Notes under the pieces: model-generated | Told to the model about the DNA's origin: nothing | Database searches by the model: none | The model's input: the letters and a program-made list of their open reading frames with translations, nothing else | Shown: piece after piece, positions 24,930 through 31,258 of the stretch | Layout of the letters: the number at the start of each line of letters is the position of its first letter | How positions within the stretch are numbered: the first letter of the stretch is position 1 | NCBI GenBank assembly: GCA_964397085.1 | Contig: CAYNHH010000007.1 | Coordinates: 1 to 31,258 of the forward strand | DNA from: an uncultured Candidatus Saccharibacteria bacterium | GTDB taxonomy: Bacteria; Patescibacteriota; Saccharimonadia; CAILAD01; BJGX01 | Direction: 5' to 3' | Length of the DNA stretch: 31,258 nt | Program-made: the position numbers and the translations under genes

Positions 24930-26180
24930 CTACAAAGACTTCAGAGCTTGTATAGGGCGCTTTCTAGCGGCCTTAATAGCTGGCGCGACTCCAAACACTA
25001 CTCCCACTATCAAACTCACGCCAAGGGCAAGCACAAGCGCCTTAAGGCTAAATACGGGCGTGATACCAGCAAACTTCTTCACCAAAAGCCCCGCTAAGTA
25101 ACTTAGCCCCAATCCCAACAAGCCTCCCAGTACAGATAATATTATCGCTTCTATCAAAAATTGACTCAAGATATTACCACTTGTAGCCCCAATTGCCTTG
25201 CGAATACCAATTTCCCTGGTACGCTCACTTACTGTCACTAGCATAATATTCATAATACCAATTCCACCTACAAGTAAGCTAATAGAAGCAATTGCTACAA
25301 CAAAAGTAGTCAGTAGATCAAGAATAGTATTGAATGTCGAAAGTAAATCTTCTTGGGTAAGAACACTGAAGTCTTCTTGTCCACCATGATTTTCCTTAAG
25401 CTCAGCTTTAATCTGATTCTGAGCCGAAGAGATATTCTCTGCCCCATTCACCTGCACTACTATCCTAAATACCTGATTCGATCCTGTCAATTTGTCTACA
25501 GTATTGATAGGTAGATAGATAATATCATCGCTGGTTCCGCCAATACCAGATCCAACATCTGATTTCTTCACAACACCAATAATTGTAAATTTTTGACCAC
25601 GAATTGTGATTTGTTTATCAATCGCATCACCATCAGCAAATAAGTTTTGCTTAGTATCAGCCCCAATTACCGTAACTTTTGCCATTGAGCTATTCTCGTT
25701 ATCAGAGAAAAACCTACCATTCTGAAATTTTAGTTGACGTATATCAGAGTAATTTGGCGTCGTGCCCAAGATAAAAGGTGAGCTCGTACTAAGCTGATCG
25801 TAAGCAACGACCGAGGATAATACATTAATTGGTGCTACTGCAGAGACATTTTTGGTTTGCTCAATAGTGGCTACATCTTGAGTAGTCAGTGTTGATGCCC
25901 CAATACTGCTTGCGAAGTTGAAGCTACCACCCGAGCTTTTTTGCTGTTGCCCATTCTTGGCATTAGAACTACTACCACCTATCTGACCAGAAGTTACTTG
26001 CAGCAAATTGGTGCCCAGACTAGATACCTGGCTGGTAACCTGAGCCTTCACCCCGTCACCTATCCCAATCATCACTAGTACTGCAAATACCCCAATAATT
26101 ATACCTAGCATAGTTAAGAACGATCTCATCTTGGCAGACTTGATACTTATAAGGGCCATCTTAATATTTTGAAAGATCAT
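24930..26180 (-). CDS. ABC transporter permease, MacB/FtsX-like (N-terminal TM, large periplasmic domain, C-terminal FtsX 3-TM bundle)
   Basis: 416 aa. N-terminal TM (FLTMLGIIIGVFAVLVMIGIG), ~230-aa extracytoplasmic domain, and a C-terminal FtsX-like region (LLVGGIGIMNIMLVTVSERTREIGIRKAIGA). Start overlaps the upstream ATPase gene stop by 4 nt. Confidence 0.85.
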   Translation of the reverse strand: MIFQNIKMALISIKSAKMRSFLTMLGIIIGVFAVLVMIGIGDGVKAQVTSQVSSLGTNLLQVTSGQIGGSSSNAKNGQQQKSSGGSFNFASSIGASTLTTQDVATIEQTKNVSAVAPINVLSSVVAYDQLSTSSPFILGTTPNYSDIRQLKFQNGRFFSDNENSSMAKVTVIGADTKQNLFADGDAIDKQITIRGQKFTIIGVVKKSDVGSGIGGTSDDIIYLPINTVDKLTGSNQVFRIVVQVNGAENISSAQNQIKAELKENHGGQEDFSVLTQEDLLSTFNTILDLLTTFVVAIASISLLVGGIGIMNIMLVTVSERTREIGIRKAIGATSGNILSQFLIEAIILSVLGGLLGLGLSYLAGLLVKKFAGITPVFSLKALVLALGVSLIVGVVFGVAPAIKAARKRPIQALKSL

Positions 26181-26884
26181 GATACGGCCTTTGTTTTATG
26201 AAGTAAGCCATCTCGTACCATAACAATTTTATTTGCATAGTCACCTACTTCAGGATTATGTGTAACAACAACAATAGTGACCCCCTGCTTGTTCAAGTCC
26301 TTGAGTAAGTTCATTATCTCAATACCGGTCTTGGTATCGAGATTGCCCGTTGGCTCGTCGGCCAAGATCAAACTCGGATCATTAGTAAGTGCACGAGCAA
26401 TCGCAACTCTTTGCACTTGCCCTCCGCTCATTCTATTTGACCGACTTTTTGCCTTATCTTCTAAGCCTACTTTCTTGAGTACTTCAGCTATCTTCTGTTT
26501 TCTCTCTGTCTTACTTTTTTTGGCGTATACCATGGGTAATTCAACATTCTGGGCTACATTTAGCCTTGGTAACAGATTAAAGTTTTGAAACACAAAGCCT
26601 ATCTTGTCTCTTCGCAATACAGCCAACTGTTTCTGGCTAAGTGACGCAATATCAACATCATCCAACATAAAGACTCCAGACGTAGCCTTATCAAGTAGCC
26701 CTATGATATTCATAAGCGTTGACTTTCCACTACCAGATGGTCCCATGATAGCCACAAAGTCACCTGCATATATTTCTAGGTTTACATCTTTCAGTGCATC
26801 AAGTACCCCCGCTTCATCATCAAAGCGCTTACCAACTGACTTCATGTATATAACTGTTTTTTTACTATTTTTTGACATAAACAA
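26177..26884 (-). CDS. ABC transporter ATP-binding protein (MacB/LolD-type)
   Basis: Walker A GPSGSGKST, signature LSGGQVQRVAIARAL, Walker B ILADEPTGNLD, H-loop VVVTHN. Confidence 0.9.
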   Translation of the reverse strand: MFMSKNSKKTVIYMKSVGKRFDDEAGVLDALKDVNLEIYAGDFVAIMGPSGSGKSTLMNIIGLLDKATSGVFMLDDVDIASLSQKQLAVLRRDKIGFVFQNFNLLPRLNVAQNVELPMVYAKKSKTERKQKIAEVLKKVGLEDKAKSRSNRMSGGQVQRVAIARALTNDPSLILADEPTGNLDTKTGIEIMNLLKDLNKQGVTIVVVTHNPEVGDYANKIVMVRDGLLHKTKAVS

Positions 26885-28319
26885 AACTTAAAGCCTCATC
26901 ACTATTGATCATTTTATCATAAGCTACCGTAAGAGTATTGCCTACTTCTCGCTGTTGTACTTGAGTATTGCTTGCTGCTTGAAGCCGGTACTCATCTGTT
27001 GGGAGAGTCAAAGAGTAGTGTAGTTCGTATGGCCAGCCGCCAAGTTGCTTTTGCATAAATGTATTGATTGTAAGCTGATCACCAAATACATATTTCGTTG
27101 GCACTTTATAGGTGAATGTAGCCTTACTACTAGCAAGTGGTTTGGTTAGCCTATAGTAACCAAAAGTGACACTATTCTGTTCACTGCTCACCGTTAGCTG
27201 CTTATCTGTAAATGAGCTATTTAATAATGTCGTCTTATCTGGTAATACCAACTTCGTGTAGCTCAAATTGTCACCCACCAACCACCGTTTTTCTTCAGGG
27301 ATATTGGGGTCTACATACTCTACCCTATAATCGGATGTATGACTGGTATCTATTGAGAGCTCTATGGTGCTTGTTCCATCCAGATTAATCATTTGGTGCA
27401 TTGTAACAAGATTCTTAATATATGGTGAGCTCTTATTGGCCGCAATATTTGCTTCAGTGATCATAAAGTAGTTTTCTTGGGATTGCTTAATCTCACCAGA
27501 TGCACCAACTTTCTCAATAAGTTTTTGGGTAGCTTGATTGGTACTATATATCACCAGCTGTTTCTCATCTATCATCTGTTGTAAGGTAGGAAATAAACTA
27601 TTTAGTTCTCGCAAATCCTTACTCAATAGTTTACTCACCAATTGGTTGGCCAAGCCGCCCAAAACTCCTGCTTTAGGGTCTTTCTTTTCTAGCTTATCTT
27701 TACCTGCCTCCACTTCAAGCTGAACTTTCTCTCGGAAGTTATCTTTTGTAATAGTGAGATCGTAGTCTTTCAGATAGACCGGGCCCAATTTGGCTAATAA
27801 TACCTCCAAAACCGATGGTGTAAACTGAACAACATTATTTACAGGTTGATTTACCACTTGTTGATAATAATACATCGCTTGTTTGGCATTTTGCGGGAAG
27901 TCCAACTGGTTGCTGCTATCACGCAGTGATGCGCAGGGGCCGATGCTCTTCAGATAGTCTGGTGGCTGATATGGCTTATTGGTGCAAGTATTTGTAGCAT
28001 CAATAGTATATACGCCAGTCAATTGGCCTGCAGAAATCTTCCCTTTGTCAGATGTGACCATGCCTACCGTACCTATAAACCCTCCACCCAGCCTCAGCTC
28101 TGCATTATTTGCAAGCAACAGAAGTGTCTTTTGTTGACCGTCATATCCTGCCAGACCCTTATACAATTCCTGATAGGGTTGCAGCGCCGTAGCTTTGTCT
28201 TCTAGTGACTGCAAATACCTGCCAACACTCAGAGAAACTATATATATAGCCAGAATTAAAGCTCCTAAAGCTAAAGCTAGTACCAAGTAAGAACCCTGCT
28301 TAGTCTTAGTTCTTGCCAT
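26865..28319 (-). CDS. DUF4012-like membrane-anchored extracytoplasmic protein
   Basis: N-terminal TM (YLVLALALGALILAIYIVSL) then LLLLANNAELRLGGGFIGTVGMV, which matches my recollection of the DUF4012 core (…QNNAElR.tGGfiGs.g…). 484 aa. Lies in a cell-envelope polysaccharide locus. Confidence 0.55.
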   Translation of the reverse strand: MARTKTKQGSYLVLALALGALILAIYIVSLSVGRYLQSLEDKATALQPYQELYKGLAGYDGQQKTLLLLANNAELRLGGGFIGTVGMVTSDKGKISAGQLTGVYTIDATNTCTNKPYQPPDYLKSIGPCASLRDSSNQLDFPQNAKQAMYYYQQVVNQPVNNVVQFTPSVLEVLLAKLGPVYLKDYDLTITKDNFREKVQLEVEAGKDKLEKKDPKAGVLGGLANQLVSKLLSKDLRELNSLFPTLQQMIDEKQLVIYSTNQATQKLIEKVGASGEIKQSQENYFMITEANIAANKSSPYIKNLVTMHQMINLDGTSTIELSIDTSHTSDYRVEYVDPNIPEEKRWLVGDNLSYTKLVLPDKTTLLNSSFTDKQLTVSSEQNSVTFGYYRLTKPLASSKATFTYKVPTKYVFGDQLTINTFMQKQLGGWPYELHYSLTLPTDEYRLQAASNTQVQQREVGNTLTVAYDKMINSDEALSFVYVKK

Positions 28320-29409
28320 CTCTATATTGCTGTATTACATCGTTAATTTGCTGACTAAATTGCACTTGAGAAAAATACTGTGCTCGCTTTTTTATAGTAT
28401 CTGCAGAAAACTTACTCGATTCAAATTTCTCAATGGCCGCCATTACACTCTCGATGGTTTGCTTGTCAAAGAAGACCCCTGTCATGCCATCTTCTACACT
28501 TTCACTCGCACCACCCTGCCCATAAGTTATCACTGGCTTACCTGCTGACATAGCCTCTACAGGTGTAATTCCAAAGTCTTCAAAAGCAGTAAATATAAAT
28601 GCCTTACAACCCAAATACAGTTTTGTTACTTCTTTATCTGAAAGTGCATCAGTAAATGTAATACTTGGGCCAGCAAGAGATTTGAGTCTCTTGAGCTCAG
28701 AACCAGTACCAACCACCACCAGCTTCTTGTTGAGCTTAGTACAGGCCTGTACGGCCAAATCTACACGCTTATAAGGTATCAATCTACTTACTACCAAGTA
28801 ATAATCTCCGTCACTAGATTTAGCAGACTGGAATCTCATGGTATCTACGGGCGGATGAATTACTGTAGATTGACGGTTATAGTATTGGGCTATTCTATCT
28901 TGAACGGTTAGCGAGTTGGCTACCAGAATATCTGGCCTTTGAGCAGCCGCAAAGTCCCAATAGCGCATTTTTTTGACTACTCGCGGTAAGACAAGCTTCG
29001 CAAGCGGATTAATCAACCCAAGACCTGGAGAGTGCAGGTAATCCTCATAGCCACTCCAATAGTACCGAGTAGGTGTATGAATATAGCTAATATGCAGGGT
29101 CTCTGTAGGCGTAATAATACCTTTTGCTTCTGCACTACTAGAGGAGATGACTACATCATAGCTACTAAAATCAAAGCTTTCAAAGGCACGCGTACGCAGC
29201 ATAGGATACAGCTGGTGCTTCTTTTTTGCCAGTGGCCAGTGCTGTAAAAAAGATGTTCTTATATCTGCATCTTTAAGCATTAGGAGTCTATCATGGTCAT
29301 ATACACTCGTATAGATAGGCGCCTCAGGAAACATTTGGTGGAGGGCTTCTACTACTCTCTCTGCTCCGCCAAGATTTGTAAGCCAATCATGAACAATCGC
29401 TACTTTCAT
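28306..29409 (-). CDS. glycosyltransferase family 4 (GT-B)
   Basis: MKVAIVHDWLTNLGGAERVVEAL N-terminus typical of GT4 enzymes. C-terminal E..AAG.PVI motif-like region (VEAMSAGKPVITYGQGGASESVEDGMTGVFF). Confidence 0.8.
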   Translation of the reverse strand: MKVAIVHDWLTNLGGAERVVEALHQMFPEAPIYTSVYDHDRLLMLKDADIRTSFLQHWPLAKKKHQLYPMLRTRAFESFDFSSYDVVISSSSAEAKGIITPTETLHISYIHTPTRYYWSGYEDYLHSPGLGLINPLAKLVLPRVVKKMRYWDFAAAQRPDILVANSLTVQDRIAQYYNRQSTVIHPPVDTMRFQSAKSSDGDYYLVVSRLIPYKRVDLAVQACTKLNKKLVVVGTGSELKRLKSLAGPSITFTDALSDKEVTKLYLGCKAFIFTAFEDFGITPVEAMSAGKPVITYGQGGASESVEDGMTGVFFDKQTIESVMAAIEKFESSKFSADTIKKRAQYFSQVQFSQQINDVIQQYRDGKN

Positions 29410-29412
29410 AGT

Positions 29413-30831
29413 CTAGTACCCACTTTTACGAAAAAGTAGTGCTGGTATTGTACGGAGAATAATTGCCAGATCAAGGCCAATATTCCAATTCTCAATGTAG
29501 TATATATCGAGCTTTACCCGAGAATCATAGTCTATATCATTGCGTCCAGACACTTGCCACAAGCCTGTTAGACCAGGCTTGATGTGCAAAAACAGACCTG
29601 ATTCATCCCCATAACGCTCTAATTCTTCCTCCACGATTGGTCGTGGCCCCACAAAACTCAAATCATTCTTGAGTACATTTATGAGCTGAGGCAACTCATC
29701 TAGGCTCGTTGCACGCAAGAATCCACCGATACGATTCAGACGAGGATCATTTTTCACCTTTTGATCACGCCTGAACTCCTCTATCAACGCTGGCTCATTG
29801 AAGGTCTTAAGCATATCAAGTGTACTCAACCCGCTATACTCTCCGCCAGCACAATACTTGAGTTTCATGGTACGAAACTTCAGGAGACGAATCTTGTTGC
29901 CAGACCGAGTAATTCGTTCATGGATATAGAATACTGGCCCTTTGTCTGTCAGCTTGAGCAAGATTGCAATTGCAAGCATTAATGGCCACACAATGAGTAA
30001 TGTGAATGAAGCCAGCAGTAGATCGAGTAATCGCTTCAAAATTCTCCCCCAGCCATCAAGAGGCGTAGACACCACCTCTAAAATAGGGAGATTATTAATC
30101 CTGCTCATGCGCATTGGTGCGTCATAGAGCTCTCCTACTGTGGGGATAATGTGTAGCTGTATCTGATGCTGTCGACAAAAGTTTACCAACTTTGTTACGG
30201 TTCCTGCTTGAATATCCTCTTGGAGCAAGAAGATGTCGTCGAGTGAATATTTGGTGTTACTAGACTCCAAATGCTCTAAAGACAGCTCTTTATGCATGGC
30301 CAAATTCTCCATTACTCTGTAAGCAGGTGACTCTTTTATGAGTATTTTGGCAAAATTTATTCGTGATGAACCCTTACCAATTACGAGCGTGTTATGTACG
30401 CCTATCTGGAAGCGAAATAAGAAGTGCTGCATTGCATAGACCAAAAACCGTGCAAAGCTCACCAAGACAACAGCAAATACAAAGCCATAAATTGGAATTG
30501 CCTTTGATGGGAATATTGGATTTGTCACAAAGAAATCCAATATTATAAGCAACATCACCCCTACAGCAGATGCCATTACTACTCTGCTAGTTTCATACAG
30601 GCGCGATCTAGTGGCACGCAGCTTATACAGCCCGGCGAAAGCATATATTACTATCCAGATCAGTAACACGGGTAAAATTACCCGCAAAAATCCTTTGCCC
30701 GATACCAGATATGCAAGTGGCTTACTCTGCTCGTGCCTCACCAAAAATGCCAGTGCAAAAGCAAATACAATCATGCAGTAGTCAATTGGGATAAGGAATA
30801 CCCGAAAAAATAATTCACTGCGTTTTTTCAT
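29413..30831 (-). CDS. polyprenyl-phosphate sugar phosphotransferase (WbaP/EpsB-type 'bacterial sugar transferase' with N-terminal multi-TM + CoA-binding-like domain)
   Basis: C-terminal catalytic domain motifs (KRLLDLLLASFTLLIVWPLMLAIAILLKLTDKGPVFY, KFRTM, LDELPQLINVLKNDLSFVGPRP, PGLTGLWQVSGRNDIDYDSRVKLDIYYIENWNIGLDL). Four to five N-terminal TM helices. Confidence 0.85.
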   Translation of the reverse strand: MKKRSELFFRVFLIPIDYCMIVFAFALAFLVRHEQSKPLAYLVSGKGFLRVILPVLLIWIVIYAFAGLYKLRATRSRLYETSRVVMASAVGVMLLIILDFFVTNPIFPSKAIPIYGFVFAVVLVSFARFLVYAMQHFLFRFQIGVHNTLVIGKGSSRINFAKILIKESPAYRVMENLAMHKELSLEHLESSNTKYSLDDIFLLQEDIQAGTVTKLVNFCRQHQIQLHIIPTVGELYDAPMRMSRINNLPILEVVSTPLDGWGRILKRLLDLLLASFTLLIVWPLMLAIAILLKLTDKGPVFYIHERITRSGNKIRLLKFRTMKLKYCAGGEYSGLSTLDMLKTFNEPALIEEFRRDQKVKNDPRLNRIGGFLRATSLDELPQLINVLKNDLSFVGPRPIVEEELERYGDESGLFLHIKPGLTGLWQVSGRNDIDYDSRVKLDIYYIENWNIGLDLAIILRTIPALLFRKSGY

Positions 30832-30877
30832 AAGTGTTATTATACCAAAAATACATCCTAGAAGGATGTATTCTCAA

Positions 30878-31258
30878 GTAAGTTAGCTATAAGCCGAATT
30901 TTGTTCATCTCGCAAGCGAGAATTGGTAATCATCTATCTTCCCTTGCGGGCGCCCTTCACCACAAGTGGCGAGGAGTCATGCGATATACCCATGATAAAG
31001 CGAGAAACTTCATCCTGCAAATGCAGAAAAGGGCCCATAATCTTGCAGCCAACAGGGTTTACCACCACCATATGTCACCATATAGCACTGTGAGCTCTTA
31101 CCTCACTCTTTTCACCCTTACCTAGACAAGTCTAGGCGGTATAGTTTCTGCGGCACTTTCCCGAGGATTACTCCTGGTTGCCGTTAGCAACTGTTGTACT
31201 CTATGCTGTTCGGACTTTCCTCTCTACCCAGAGGCAGAGCGATTACCCGCTAACTCAC
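30878..31258 (-). ncRNA. rnpB: RNase P RNA (bacterial type A), 5' end at/near the window edge
   Basis: Minus strand contains GAGGAAAGTCCGAAC (P4 5' strand), GGTAAGGGTGAAAAGAGTGAGGTAAGAGCTCAC (cf. E. coli GGUAAGGGUGAAAGGGUGCGGUAAGAGCGCAC) and GGTAAACCC. The 3' ACAAAATTCGGCTTATAGCTAAC is cf. ACAGAACCCGGCUUAUCGGUCAG. P1 pairing GUGAGUUAGC/GCUAACUUAC. The + ORF 30901..31125 is therefore spurious. Confidence 0.8.

Noticed and set aside
30901-31125. 74-aa + ORF at the right edge
   Set aside because: Coincides with the RNase P RNA gene on the minus strand (conserved GGAAAGTCCG and GGTAAGGGTGAAA blocks). Not a CDS.
1-31258. CRISPR arrays, tRNA genes, rRNA genes, IS elements
   Set aside because: No repeat-spacer periodicity, no transposase-like ORFs or terminal inverted repeats, and no cloverleaf-like segments were noticed. 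tRNA absence is by eye only and should be confirmed with tRNAscan.

Overview
This 31.3 kb window looks like part of a low-GC, small-genome bacterium; the gene content (DUF4012, class I aldolase, many glycosyltransferases, tiny intergenic regions) suggests a Patescibacteria/CPR-like organism, but that is inference. Core genes, left to right: a SprT-like Zn-protease, a UvrD-type helicase-nuclease, a large membrane protein, argS, smpB, class I fructose-bisphosphate aldolase, then a ~6 kb block and the tmRNA gene. After that come two lipid/glycolipid glycosyltransferases, galT, comM, a small-membrane-protein/DUF4446/bactofilin/DAGK-like cluster, infC-rpmI-rplT, a MacB-type ABC exporter, a DUF4012 protein, a GT4 glycosyltransferase and a WbaP-type sugar phosphotransferase. 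RNase P RNA (rnpB) sits at the right edge. The standout is the ~9.85-15.9 kb block directly downstream of the 3' end of the tmRNA gene, a classic island insertion site. It has clearly higher GC and an Ala/Arg/Gly/Asp-rich proteome. It contains a full-length (868 aa) homologue of the eukaryotic major vault protein (MVP), with recognisable N-terminal MVP repeats, shoulder domain, long coiled-coil cap helix and cap-ring. The block also carries an RRM RNA-binding protein, a 269-aa protein with an extremely acidic C-terminal tail, a small possibly-HTH protein, a PlsC-like acyltransferase and a small membrane protein. Between fba and this block lies a strong promoter-plus-terminator cassette that could make a ~90-nt small RNA. 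Taken together this looks like a horizontally acquired bacterial vault-like, possibly ribonucleoprotein, locus. No integrase, CRISPR array, tRNA or obvious att duplication was seen. Many long antisense ORFs in the ORF track inside the GC-rich island are shadow ORFs.
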